A DNA stretch of 64,000 bases, from the NCBI GenBank assembly GCA_902629395.1, contig CACOQT010000002.1, positions 20,670-84,669 on the forward strand, written 5' to 3'. Source of the stretch: an uncultured Prochlorococcus sp. GTDB taxonomy: Bacteria > Cyanobacteriota > Cyanobacteriia > PCC-6307 > Cyanobiaceae. Position numbers and translations under genes: made by a program. The notes beneath the pieces were generated by a model, which was given only the letters and a program-made list of their open reading frames with translations, searched no databases and was not told where the DNA came from. Below are positions 9,011 through 18,342 of the stretch, piece after piece. The number at the start of each line of letters is the position of its first letter. Positions within the stretch are counted from its first letter, which is position 1.

Positions 9011-10381
9011 CTAATTTCGAACCCCTTTTTGTTCGCGTGCCAAGTCTCTTTCTACATCGCGTTGCTGCTTACCTCTCCAAAACAATTTAATAGGGGTTCC
9101 CTCAAAACCAAGACCCTCTCTAAGTTGTCTCTCAATATATCTGCGATAAGTTTCCCCAAACAATTTGGGTTCATTTACAAATAAAGTAAAGCTTGGAGGA
9201 TTAATGGCAACTTGAGTGCCGTAATAAAGTCGCCCTTGTTTTCCACCTCTTGTTGTAGGAGGACTTCTCCATTTCAATGCCTCAGTCAGGACCTCATTAA
9301 CAACTGATGTTGTTACTCTTCTTCTATTCTGATCAACCGCCAAAGTGGCCAACGCAAAAATACCTTCTACTCTTTGTCCCGTAAGGGCAGATGTAAAAAT
9401 CATCTCGGCCCAATCAAGAAAATATAGTTTTGAACGAATATCTTTTTCCATTGCAGACATTGTGTGACTATCTTTTTCTATTGCATCCCATTTATTAATT
9501 ACTATCAAGCAAGCTCTTCCCTTCTGTTCAATCCTACCTGCGAGCCTCTGATCTTGTTCTGTAACCCCTTCCAACGCATCAATAACCAATACACAAACAT
9601 CACTTCTTTCTATTGCCTTAAAACTGCGATTAATACCAAAAAATTCTGGGCCATAATCAACACTTTTACGTCTACGTATTCCCGCTGTATCAACTAATTT
9701 CCATTCTTTGCCATTATGAGTAATTCGAGTATCAATCGTATCTCGAGTTGTACCTCTTATAGGACTAACAATTGCTCTGGTCTCTCCACAAATAGAATTA
9801 AGAAGGCTTGACTTCCCTACATTTGGCCTTCCAATAATTGCTAATTGAACAGGAGCATCAACAACTTCATCTAAATCTTTAGAGGGAAACAATCTTACTA
9901 CTTGATCAAGCAGGTCCCCTGTTCCTACTCCATGAATAGCAGAAATTGGGTAGGGCTCACCAAGACCAAGTTTCCAAAATTCAGCGGCCATTGCCAACCC
10001 TTGCTCAGGGGATTCACATTTATTAACCACTACTAGTGTTTTACAGGAATGAGACCTTAAAAATTCAGCAATCGATTCATCAGCTGTGGTAACTCCCTCC
10101 TGGCCATCAACAATTACTAATGCAACAACGGCTTCTTCAAGTGCAAGATTAGCTTGCTCTCTAATTTCAGGAAGAAACTCACTATCGTCATCAAAAACCA
10201 AGCCTCCGGTATCCACAACTTTGAAATCTCTATCCCTCCAAAACCCGTCTTGATAAGTTCGGTCTCTGGTTACACCTGGCTCATCATGAACAATAGCTTC
10301 TCTGCTCTGACACAGGCGATTAACCAAAGTAGATTTCCCAACATTGGGGCGTCCAATTATTGCGACTATTGGTAGCGCCAA
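9011..10381 (-). CDS. der: Ribosome biogenesis GTPase Der/EngA
   Basis: Two GRPNVGKS P-loops, DTGG/DTAG, NKCE/NKWD, C-terminal KH-like domain. Confidence 0.98.
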   Translation of the reverse strand: MALPIVAIIGRPNVGKSTLVNRLCQSREAIVHDEPGVTRDRTYQDGFWRDRDFKVVDTGGLVFDDDSEFLPEIREQANLALEEAVVALVIVDGQEGVTTADESIAEFLRSHSCKTLVVVNKCESPEQGLAMAAEFWKLGLGEPYPISAIHGVGTGDLLDQVVRLFPSKDLDEVVDAPVQLAIIGRPNVGKSSLLNSICGETRAIVSPIRGTTRDTIDTRITHNGKEWKLVDTAGIRRRKSVDYGPEFFGINRSFKAIERSDVCVLVIDALEGVTEQDQRLAGRIEQKGRACLIVINKWDAIEKDSHTMSAMEKDIRSKLYFLDWAEMIFTSALTGQRVEGIFALATLAVDQNRRRVTTSVVNEVLTEALKWRSPPTTRGGKQGRLYYGTQVAINPPSFTLFVNEPKLFGETYRRYIERQLREGLGFEGTPIKLFWRGKQQRDVERDLAREQKGVRN

Positions 10382-10453
10382 GTTTCTCTACCTTTCATAA
10401 GACTATTTAACCTTTATAGGTCAAAATTAAGATTAATTCTTCATACTGCAAGT

Positions 10454-10687
10454 ATGAGCAATAAGTTCTATTCCAAAATGAAGTTTAGAAATCAAAGTAC
10501 CCTAAAAAGATTGACCCAAAGGAAAAAGGATTCATTAAATACCAAACCATCATTAATAGCAATCCTTTTGATTTTGATAGCTTTCTTGCAAGTACCAATT
10601 TCCATACAGTCATCACTCAATATCCTTTGCTTATTTTCAGAAACCAGTGAGACAAATAAAACTTTGTTTTTTTGTAAAAACCAATAA
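10454..10687 (+). CDS. Small hypothetical membrane protein
   Basis: 77 aa, basic N-terminus, one hydrophobic helix (LIAILLILIAFL); fills the der-dusB gap and is co-oriented with dusB. Confidence 0.55.
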   Translation: MSNKFYSKMKFRNQSTLKRLTQRKKDSLNTKPSLIAILLILIAFLQVPISIQSSLNILCLFSETSETNKTLFFCKNQ

Positions 10688-10708
10688 AAATATAAGCTTA
10701 TCTCAAGG

Positions 10709-11701
10709 ATGAAAAAATTATCTACCATTTTTTTATCAGGTAATGGAACCTCGAGATCTCTAGAATGTCCGATTTTACAGTCTCCCCTTGCAGGTGTTAG
10801 CGATCAAATATTTAGGAGATTTGTTCGTAGATGGGCTCCAAAAGCTTTGCTTTTCACCGAAATGGTAAATGCTAAAAGCCTGGAATTAGGTCATGGCGTG
10901 GAGAAGGTCATTGAGCTATCAGAAGAAACTGGGCCTATTGGTGTTCAACTTTTTGACCATAGACCAGATTCTATGGTGGAAGCTGCCATCAAAGCAGAAT
11001 CATCTGGTGCGTTTCTTATAGATATAAATATGGGTTGCCCTGTAAAAAAAATTGCCCGAAAAGGAGGCGGAAGTGCTTTATTAAAAGAGCCAGAACTTGC
11101 CAAATTAATCGTCAAAAAGGTTTCAAAAGCCATATCAATTCCACTAACAGTAAAGATAAGACTAGGTTGGTGTGAAGCTACAAGTGATCCAGTAGCTTTC
11201 TCCTTAGGTCTCCAAGAGGCTGGGGCACAACTCATAACTGTTCATGGGCGAACTAGAAGACAAGGATTTGCTGGAAGCTCTAATTGGGAAGCTATTAAAA
11301 AAATCAAAGACAAATTAGACATTCCCATTATTGCTAATGGCGACATAAAAAACTCTCAAGATGCTATTGAATGCCTAAAGATTACTAATGCCGATGGGGT
11401 AATGATAGGTCGGGCAAGCATGGGTGCTCCATGGCTGATTGGGCAAATTGATGCAGAGATTAAAAATCAAAAAACTTTTAAACAACCAGATGCAAAGATG
11501 AAAATCAATTTATCATTGGAGCACTTAAAATTACTCGTTTCAAAGAAAGGCTATCATGGCCTTCTGATTGCCAGGAAACATCTGAGTTGGACTTGTAGAG
11601 GTTTTGAAGGGGCAACAAATCTTCGCCATAAATTAGTTAGAGCAAGCACTCCAACTCAAGCAATAAAACTACTCGAGGACGAACTTATCAAATTAAACTA
11701 A
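10709..11701 (+). CDS. dusB: tRNA-dihydrouridine synthase DusB
   Basis: SPLAGVSD..FR, TEMV, IDINMGCPV.K, TVKIRLGW, HGRTR.Q, IANGDI, VMIGRA..G.PW. Confidence 0.95.
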   Translation: MKKLSTIFLSGNGTSRSLECPILQSPLAGVSDQIFRRFVRRWAPKALLFTEMVNAKSLELGHGVEKVIELSEETGPIGVQLFDHRPDSMVEAAIKAESSGAFLIDINMGCPVKKIARKGGGSALLKEPELAKLIVKKVSKAISIPLTVKIRLGWCEATSDPVAFSLGLQEAGAQLITVHGRTRRQGFAGSSNWEAIKKIKDKLDIPIIANGDIKNSQDAIECLKITNADGVMIGRASMGAPWLIGQIDAEIKNQKTFKQPDAKMKINLSLEHLKLLVSKKGYHGLLIARKHLSWTCRGFEGATNLRHKLVRASTPTQAIKLLEDELIKLN

Positions 11702-11707
11702 TAAGTC

Positions 11708-12436
11708 TTAGGGCATTTTCAAAGGCCAACTTTGTCTAATCAACAGTAAAGAGAAATAAGGCCTAGAGCCTAAGGGAAGATTTGATGCGTTTAGAATTTG
11801 TTGATCAGGAAAACCTATTTTTTCTGCGAATATAGATTTTTTTATAAGATCAAGTTCCTCAAGCAAAGGTTTGACCCATTCCCATTTTTTACCAAGTTTG
11901 AGCAATACGACTACTCTTTTTTTACTAGCTGCCTCAGTCAAAATAACCTTTAGATCATCACATGAGTCTGGAACAGGCAATATCAGCAATTGCTCCTCTT
12001 GAAAAGCAAGTGGTAATCGGCTTTTCGCGGCAGCCGCTGAAAAAGACGTAACCCCTGGAATTAATTTAACAATGCACTCTTGATGATATTTTTCTAGCTC
12101 CTTTGAAAGGTACGATCCTGTCGAAAAAAGCGAGATATCCCCTTGAGAAAGGAAAACGACTCTTTCATCTTTATTAACCATCTGCATTAATGTATTTCCA
12201 GCGACTCTCCATGCACTTTTTAAAGTTTTCTGATCTTCAACCATGGGAAAAAGTAAAGGCAACTTTTTTTTATTTTTGGTTATCCATTTTGAAGCAATTT
12301 TTTCAGCAAGGCTTTCTCCTCCCCAGGTAGAGACAGGATAAGAAACCACCGTAGATTCTTTAATTGCATCAACAGCTGCCAAAGTTAACAAAGAAGGATC
12401 ACCTGGTCCTACACCAGTGATAGTCAAAACTTTCAT
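11708..12436 (-). CDS. cobI: Precorrin-2 C20-methyltransferase
   Basis: GVGPGDP.LLTLAA, FPM, GD.SLFST.SY, IPGVTSFSAAAA, PYFSLLL. Confidence 0.92.
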   Translation of the reverse strand: MKVLTITGVGPGDPSLLTLAAVDAIKESTVVSYPVSTWGGESLAEKIASKWITKNKKKLPLLFPMVEDQKTLKSAWRVAGNTLMQMVNKDERVVFLSQGDISLFSTGSYLSKELEKYHQECIVKLIPGVTSFSAAAAKSRLPLAFQEEQLLILPVPDSCDDLKVILTEAASKKRVVVLLKLGKKWEWVKPLLEELDLIKKSIFAEKIGFPDQQILNASNLPLGSRPYFSLLLIRQSWPLKMP

Positions 12437-12472
12437 TTTATTCAGATAAATTTTGTCTACGAAAAAAGATAC

Positions 12473-13087
12473 TTAACTATGCATTCTTGGCTCATGATGC
12501 ATTTTTAATAATGCATCAGATTCAACCTTAGCTAACTCTTCTAGCCTAGTAGTAAGAATATTCCGATCAAAACGTTCATCTGCCAGCTTCCAATAAATTC
12601 CAAAATGTCTAGCCTCACTTTTTAGTAAGTCGTTGTACAAAGTACGAAGTTCGACATCAGGAGAATGTATGGACAATAATTTCATCCTTTCATGACTTCT
12701 TGCCTCTATAAGACCAGCGACTAAAAAGCTATCCAACATTCGTAGTGGTTCATCTTTGCAAATATTTTTTGCAAGAATTGATCCATAGGGAGGTGAAGCT
12801 AATTTTTGAAGTTTTTTTCCTCGCGAATTCAAAAGAGACAAAACTCTCTCAAAATGTTCAAGCTCTTCTCTTGCCAATGGGCTTAGAACCTCTGAAAGCC
12901 CAGGCTCGTTAACATAACGGAACATAAGCTGAAGGGCTACTCCTGCAGCCTTCCTTTCACAATGTGCATGATCCAAAAGTATTTCTATCGGGTTAGATAT
13001 TGCAAGTTTTATCCAATCTTCACTAGTTCTATTTAATAACCAGCGAATCTTTGATTGTGCAATAAATTGAGATTTTGAATTATCCAA
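12473..13087 (-). CDS. miaE: tRNA ms2io6A hydroxylase MiaE
   Basis: LLDHAHCERKAA..A, LAREELEHFERV, LIEARSHERM, SEARHFG.Y di-iron motifs. Confidence 0.94.
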   Translation of the reverse strand: MDNSKSQFIAQSKIRWLLNRTSEDWIKLAISNPIEILLDHAHCERKAAGVALQLMFRYVNEPGLSEVLSPLAREELEHFERVLSLLNSRGKKLQKLASPPYGSILAKNICKDEPLRMLDSFLVAGLIEARSHERMKLLSIHSPDVELRTLYNDLLKSEARHFGIYWKLADERFDRNILTTRLEELAKVESDALLKMHHEPRMHS

Positions 13088-13093
13088 AACTCC

Positions 13094-13531
13094 TCAGACT
13101 TGTTTTAGGTAATTAACTATCCCTTGCAAAGCAAGACGATAACTATTTGATCCAAACCCAGAGACCAGACCCAATGCTTTATCCGAGAGGAATGACTTAT
13201 GTCGAAATTCTTCCCTAGAATATATGTTACTTAAATGAACTTCTACATAAGGAATAGCAACTCCTAATAAAGCATCTCTAAGAGCAATAGAAGTATGTGT
13301 ATATGCACCTGCATTAATAATTATTCCGTCAATAGAACCAACACTTTTTTGAATGCAATCAATCATATCGCCCTCAGAATTACTTTGAAAGCATTTGAGC
13401 TTTGCTCCAAGTTGACTGGCAAACGTAAATAAATCGTCTTGAATTTCATCTAAAGTTTGTGAACCATATATGGATGGTTCCCTTTTCCCAACAAGATTCA
13501 AATTCGGACCGTTAATTAGTAAAAGATCCAT
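13094..13531 (-). CDS. aroQ: Type II 3-dehydroquinate dehydratase
   Basis: [54 protein letters not shown]. Confidence 0.97.
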   Translation of the reverse strand: MDLLLINGPNLNLVGKREPSIYGSQTLDEIQDDLFTFASQLGAKLKCFQSNSEGDMIDCIQKSVGSIDGIIINAGAYTHTSIALRDALLGVAIPYVEVHLSNIYSREEFRHKSFLSDKALGLVSGFGSNSYRLALQGIVNYLKQV

Positions 13532-13639
13532 ACACCAAACAAATTAAAAATCTTTCATAATCGTATCGATTCCAAACTCATAGGACCAACAAATTCGAGA
13601 AAAGTGGCACCATTTACTGTTAATCTCTTTACGTGGATC

Positions 13640-13721
13640 GGGTCGGTGCCCGAGTGGTTAATGGGGGCGGACTGTAAATCCGCTGGCTACGCCTACGTTG
13701 GTTCAAATCCAACCCGGCCCA
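13640..13721 (+). tRNA. trnY: tRNA-Tyr (GTA)
   Basis: GGGTCGGTGCCCGAGTGGTTAATGGGGGCGGACT-GTA-AATCCGC...GGTTCAAATCCAACCCGGCCCA; long variable arm. Confidence 0.97.
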
Positions 13722-13732
13722 TCTTTCCACAA

Positions 13733-13804
<72 letters not shown>

Positions 13805-13838
13805 CTCAAGACCCTCTACCGAAAGCACCTAAGTAGAG

Positions 13839-13867
13839 AAAAGAGACCTCACAGGGTCTCTTTTTTT
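13839..13867. terminator. Intrinsic terminator after tRNA-Tyr/Thr (likely bidirectional)
   Basis: AAAAGAGACC-tcacag-GGTCTCTTTT followed by more T; A-tract on the other side. Confidence 0.85.
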
Positions 13868-13885
13868 AATGCCCAGCCGTTGCGA

Positions 13886-14068
13886 TTAGAGGGAAATTCC
13901 TAAAAAAAGACCAGCAGGAAATATCAGGATACACCAAAAATTAAAAATCAAAGTTCCATACAAATATCTAAAAGTTCCATACGAAATAAACCACTTGACC
14001 TGCTTGCAAGAATAGTACATTTGTATTAAAAATATCCCCGTCATTAAACCAAGCAAAAGAAGATCCAA
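13886..14068 (-). CDS. Small hydrophobic hypothetical protein
   Basis: 60 aa, TTG start, two hydrophobic segments, ends next to the terminator; no family recognised. Confidence 0.45.
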   Translation of the reverse strand: MDLLLLGLMTGIFLIQMYYSCKQVKWFISYGTFRYLYGTLIFNFWCILIFPAGLFLGISL

Positions 14069-14110
14069 GTGAGCAGGTTTCTTCTTTTGTCATTTTTAGC
14101 AAGGAGAACC

Positions 14111-14395
14111 ATGGCATGGTCAAAGAGGGCAAGAGTTATTTCTCCAGTAGAAGCATTAGAGACTCCAGAGGAGTGGGATTACTTCGCCGATCATGAATTA
14201 ATGAAGTCAAGAGGTAGTTCATTTTGTATTACGTTTGAACACTTCACTAATACGTGCGACAAGTCATGCGTCACTCTTTTGACTTGTCCTATCCACCAAA
14301 AACTTATCTCTCAAGGTGAACATCTAACCAAGAGATGCAGTAACTGGCAAAGAAAGAGAGTTTTGGATATTGGTTTATGCCCTGAAGTTGCGTAG
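14111..14395 (+). CDS. Small Cys/His-rich hypothetical protein (picocyanobacterial island family)
   Basis: AAGGAG RBS at 14101-14106, ATG at 14111; C..F.HF...CD..C..LLTC..HQ....QGEHL.KRC..W......G.CPEVA pattern. Confidence 0.7.
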   Translation: MAWSKRARVISPVEALETPEEWDYFADHELMKSRGSSFCITFEHFTNTCDKSCVTLLTCPIHQKLISQGEHLTKRCSNWQRKRVLDIGLCPEVA

Positions 14396-14448
14396 GTAAG
14401 TTAATCCTTGTTTTTAGACCCCAAGCACTTCTAATAGTGTCTTAATTT

Positions 14449-14686
14449 ATGATAATTACCTTAGAAAACTAAAAGTTGGAACAATTTTTAAATTTTACTG
14501 ATCTAGCTCAACTCACATCCTGGCTGTAAAAAAAGTTATGCTGATAAATATGGCATTAATCCCACGACTGTTAGGCGGTGGAGTCAGGTCCAAATATGGA
14601 ATTTTTCGCAAGAAATAGGTCAATTCAGATTTAAGTTTTTCTCCCGTAAATATGTTTATCTTCTTTTGGCTGTTTTTAAAGATTAA
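14449..14686 (+). pseudogene. Disrupted small HTH DNA-binding protein
   Basis: MIITLEN*KLEQFLNFTDLAQLT, then a frameshift into HPGCKKSYADKYGINPTTVRRWSQ, an HTH recognition-helix pattern. Confidence 0.45.
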
Positions 14687-14690
14687 TAAA

Positions 14691-15440
14691 TCATTTTATA
14701 ATTTTTGATGTTTTATTTAGATAAATGTTTATCAATGCTAAAACAAAGATTATGATAAAAGAAATTATGAATATAGAAAGATAATTTCCAGATATAATAT
14801 CTAACTCACCATTAATTAATTTTTGTAAGAAATTTTTCAATCCAATATCCTTAATTTTTCTTGCCGCAAATCCACTAGCCACGAACGGTGCGTCTGAGAT
14901 TATTATGCTAAAAATCAATGCAGGTATAAACCTTTTCCAAGTGATTTTTGTTAGGCCAATTGCGTAGCAAACAAAATCAAAAAATCCTGACATAAGTAAA
15001 GCTGTCATAAGGAAATAATTTTTTTCTAAATAATCCTGGCTTATGCTTTCTACTCTCCTCATTTGTCTTGAGCCCAGTAATTTACCGATGTAATTTCTTC
15101 CTAATTTCCTAGCCAACAGAAATGATATTGAGCATGATACAAAGTCTGCGAAAAATATAATGACTAAACCCTGCCTAAAACCAAACTGAAATCCTGCTGC
15201 TGCAGAAAATATTGTTCCAGGTAAAATTGGTATTATTATGCTAACAGCTCTTAAAATAAATACTGTAAAAACTAATGTTAAACCAAAAAGGCTATCTGAA
15301 TTTAAACTACTAACTATACTAAAAAAGAAATCACTAATTGAATTAACATCAAAAACGAGAGGTATAACAATTAAAATAGAGACAAAAAAAGCTAAGAGCA
15401 GATACCCTAAATATTTACTACTGATAGATTTTTTAGTCAT
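14691..15440 (-). CDS. DedA/TVP38 (VTT, SNARE-associated) family membrane protein, island paralog
   Basis: P.LPG..FS.AAG..FG...G......D..SC.ISF.LARKLGR and FD.V.Y..GL....W..F motifs. Confidence 0.85.
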   Translation of the reverse strand: MTKKSISSKYLGYLLLAFFVSILIVIPLVFDVNSISDFFFSIVSSLNSDSLFGLTLVFTVFILRAVSIIIPILPGTIFSAAAGFQFGFRQGLVIIFFADFVSCSISFLLARKLGRNYIGKLLGSRQMRRVESISQDYLEKNYFLMTALLMSGFFDFVCYAIGLTKITWKRFIPALIFSIIISDAPFVASGFAARKIKDIGLKNFLQKLINGELDIISGNYLSIFIISFIIIFVLALINIYLNKTSKIIK

Positions 15441-15507
15441 AGAATATTTCCGATCAAAATCGAAATTATATTTTGATTATAATAATAATTTTATTTCAAA
15501 GTCGCTG

Positions 15508-15771
15508 TTAAAATCTCTTATTTTGTTCGAACTTTAGGCTGCACAATGTATTAGCTTCTTTTAGAGGCACTTCCCCAGAGTTCCATTTCTCATATACACA
15601 TGTATAAAAAGGTTCATTTGAGCTGTTTAAGTCATTTTTTTGATCTATCAATTCTCTAAGATATTTAGCTTTTGCCCTAAGGTATTCCTTTTTATATAGC
15701 CAGTACATCACCTCGGCAATACCTACAAAAGCCAAAGAGAATACAAAAATTACGATTAAATGACTAAGCAA
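15508..15771 (-). CDS. Small hypothetical membrane protein
   Basis: 87 aa with N-terminal TM helix and two C-terminal Cys; TTG start. Confidence 0.55.
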   Translation of the reverse strand: MLSHLIVIFVFSLAFVGIAEVMYWLYKKEYLRAKAKYLRELIDQKNDLNSSNEPFYTCVYEKWNSGEVPLKEANTLCSLKFEQNKRF

Positions 15772-16056
15772 TCTTTCACTTACAAGAGTAACTATCGTAG
15801 ACCTTAGATCCTAAAAAAGTAACTTGTAAATAATACTCAAAACCTTTTTTCTTAAAAATCCAGACAAATATAATTAACTTTGATAACTCCCACCACCCAC
15901 TAAAATGACCATCTAAAAGACAGCGTTAAGTTGCTTATAAAATACAAATCAAAAATTGAGTTAAAATGCTTAGAATGTTATATGGTTTTCTTCTCTGACT
16001 TTTATCTCAATCAATCATTTATTTTGTTAGAAGGAGAGCATTAAATTTAAAGATCG

Positions 16057-17436
16057 ATGTCATTAGAAGGTTTCGTACTCAATCAACTCCAAGATCAAGT
16101 TTTGTCTGGTAAGACGAGGCAAGAAAAATGGAGACGGAAACAACTTCATTCTCTATCAAATTTATTGGCAAATCATCAGAAAGATATATTAAATGCACTT
16201 AAAAAGGATTTAGGAAAGCCACCTACAGAGGCATTCTTTGAGATTATTGCCGTCAAACAAGAAATTAAACTGGCACAGAAAAACTTATCCACTTGGATGC
16301 AACCAACGAAAATCAATGTTCCATTTTCTCTAAGACCTGCTCAAGCATCGGTTCAACCAGATCCCCTGGGCTGTGTTCTTATCATTGGTCCATGGAATTA
16401 TCCTTTCTCACTTACTCTGCAACCATTAGTGGGTGCTTTCGCGGCGGGGAACACAGCCGTTTTAAAGCCTTCAGAACATGCACCTAATGTGTCAAATCTT
16501 ATAAAAAAACTCATCGAAAAATATTTTCCACAAGAAATTGCACAAGTTTTTGAAGGAGATGGAGCTATTGCTGCAGATTTAATGACCCATCCATTCGATC
16601 ACGTTTTTTTTACAGGTGGGGAAAATATAGGAAAAAAAGTAATGGAAGCTGCCTCAAAAAACCTTACACCAGTAACTTTAGAACTTGGAGGGAAAAGCCC
16701 CGCTATTGTAATTGAAGGTGCAAATCTAGAGGTAACTGCAAAGAGAATTGTATGGGGAAAAAGTTTAAACGCTGGTCAAACTTGTATTGCTCCTGATCAT
16801 TTGCTAGTTGAGAATAAACTTTTTGATTCATTAATCACCAAACTTAAAGAGTCGATTAATGATTTTTATGGAAATTCACCTTTAGATTCGAAACATCTTG
16901 GGAGCATTATCAATCAAAAACAATACAATAGACTAAAAAGATTGTTAACACAGGCTAAAGATAATAACCAGGTGATTTACGGTGGATATTGGAATGATGA
17001 TGAAAAAAGAATTAGCCCTACGTTAATAAAAATCGATGATCGAAACAACCCGTTAATGAAAGAAGAACTTTTCGGTCCATTACTTCCAATCTTAAGTATC
17101 CGAAATCTCGACCAGGCAATTTCAGAATCCAAGTTCTTGCCAAAACCTCTTGCTCTATATCTTTTTGGAGGAGGAGAGAGAGAGCAGAAGAAAGTGCTTT
17201 CGATGACATCTTCTGGAGGAGTTTGTTTTAATGACGTTGTTTTACAAGCAGGAATACCAGAGCTTCCATTTGGTGGTGTTGGAACAAGTGGAATGGGTAA
17301 GTATCATGGCAAAGCAGGTTTTGACAACTTTACTCATTACAAATCAGTACTCAAAAAACCCTTTTGGCTTGATCTGAATTTTAGATATCCTCCTTATAAA
17401 TTAGATTTATCTTTACTAAATAAATTATTAGGTTAA
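16057..17436 (+). CDS. Aldehyde dehydrogenase (class 3, fatty/aromatic aldehyde)
   Basis: IGPWNYP, LKPSE, FFTGG..IG, LELGGKSP, NAGQTCIAPD, EELFGP, PFGGVG.SG.G.YHG. Confidence 0.95.
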   Translation: MSLEGFVLNQLQDQVLSGKTRQEKWRRKQLHSLSNLLANHQKDILNALKKDLGKPPTEAFFEIIAVKQEIKLAQKNLSTWMQPTKINVPFSLRPAQASVQPDPLGCVLIIGPWNYPFSLTLQPLVGAFAAGNTAVLKPSEHAPNVSNLIKKLIEKYFPQEIAQVFEGDGAIAADLMTHPFDHVFFTGGENIGKKVMEAASKNLTPVTLELGGKSPAIVIEGANLEVTAKRIVWGKSLNAGQTCIAPDHLLVENKLFDSLITKLKESINDFYGNSPLDSKHLGSIINQKQYNRLKRLLTQAKDNNQVIYGGYWNDDEKRISPTLIKIDDRNNPLMKEELFGPLLPILSIRNLDQAISESKFLPKPLALYLFGGGEREQKKVLSMTSSGGVCFNDVVLQAGIPELPFGGVGTSGMGKYHGKAGFDNFTHYKSVLKKPFWLDLNFRYPPYKLDLSLLNKLLG

Positions 17437-17480
17437 TATTAATATAATATCATTAATACGGGATATTATAGTATATAAAA

Positions 17481-18341
17481 ATGCCTATAAAAATTAAGAC
17501 ATATCTCACTTTATTTTATTATAGTTTTATAATAATAAACTTATCAGTACTGAATTTTAAAGTTAATGCAGAAACCAAGATTATTGCAAAGAAAGGCGAT
17601 ACTCTTTTAACAATATCAAGAAGATATGGAGTTCCTCTAAAAGTGCTGATGTATAAAAATAATTTTAAAGATGCGACAAAAACAATAGAAGGGGAAGCTA
17701 TACTAATTCCTCTCGAAGATAATAAAAATAAAATTAATAAACATAATCTTACTCACAAAGTTGTCAAAGGTGAAACACTTTACAAAATCGCGAGAGATTA
17801 TAATGTAAAAGTAGAAGACATTATTTCACTAAATAATCTTAGCAATGATTTATACCTAAGTATTAATCAGATTATTATATTACCGGAAGAAGCCACCAAA
17901 AATAAAAATACTAATATAGGCAATGTTCAGCTAGCAAGAAAAAAAGTTTTTTATCATCTTACATCTAAAATAGAAAATCTTTCAAACATTGCTAAACTTC
18001 ATAGGATAAGAATAGAGGAAATTAATAATTTAAATAAATTAAACTATCCTGTAAAAATAAATCCTAATACTCAAATAAGGCTAAGAGAAAATAAATTCTC
18101 AAAATGGCGTAAGTATGGTCCAATAATGGTCAGTTGGTCTGACTGGACATATTTTGATGGGAATTATTTTTCTAACGCAAAAACAAAGAAAAATACATCT
18201 TTCTTTATCGCAATTAATTGTAAAACAAGAACATTAAATAACACATCGTATAAGACTTCCTGGTCAAACTGGTATTTTCCTAAAACTGATTTTGAATTTA
18301 AATTAATTAATGATTTTTGTGATCAAGAATTTAATTTTTAA
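17481..18341 (+). CDS. Secreted LysM-repeat peptidoglycan-binding protein
   Basis: Signal-like N-terminus; repeats KKGDTLLTISRRYGV, VVKGETLYKIARDYNV and a weaker third ENLSNIAKLHRI; Trp/Cys-containing C-terminal domain (W.KYGP..V.WS.W). Confidence 0.88.
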   Translation: MPIKIKTYLTLFYYSFIIINLSVLNFKVNAETKIIAKKGDTLLTISRRYGVPLKVLMYKNNFKDATKTIEGEAILIPLEDNKNKINKHNLTHKVVKGETLYKIARDYNVKVEDIISLNNLSNDLYLSINQIIILPEEATKNKNTNIGNVQLARKKVFYHLTSKIENLSNIAKLHRIRIEEINNLNKLNYPVKINPNTQIRLRENKFSKWRKYGPIMVSWSDWTYFDGNYFSNAKTKKNTSFFIAINCKTRTLNNTSYKTSWSNWYFPKTDFEFKLINDFCDQEFNF

Positions 18342-18342
18342 A

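Noticed and set aside
10492..10728. 78-aa minus-strand ORF between der and dusB
   Set aside because: Overlaps the better-supported plus-strand ORF and the dusB start; no recognisable features.
15238..15537. 99-aa Lys-rich plus-strand ORF
   Set aside because: Antisense to the hydrophobic DedA-like gene; its composition is the mirror of T-rich codons.
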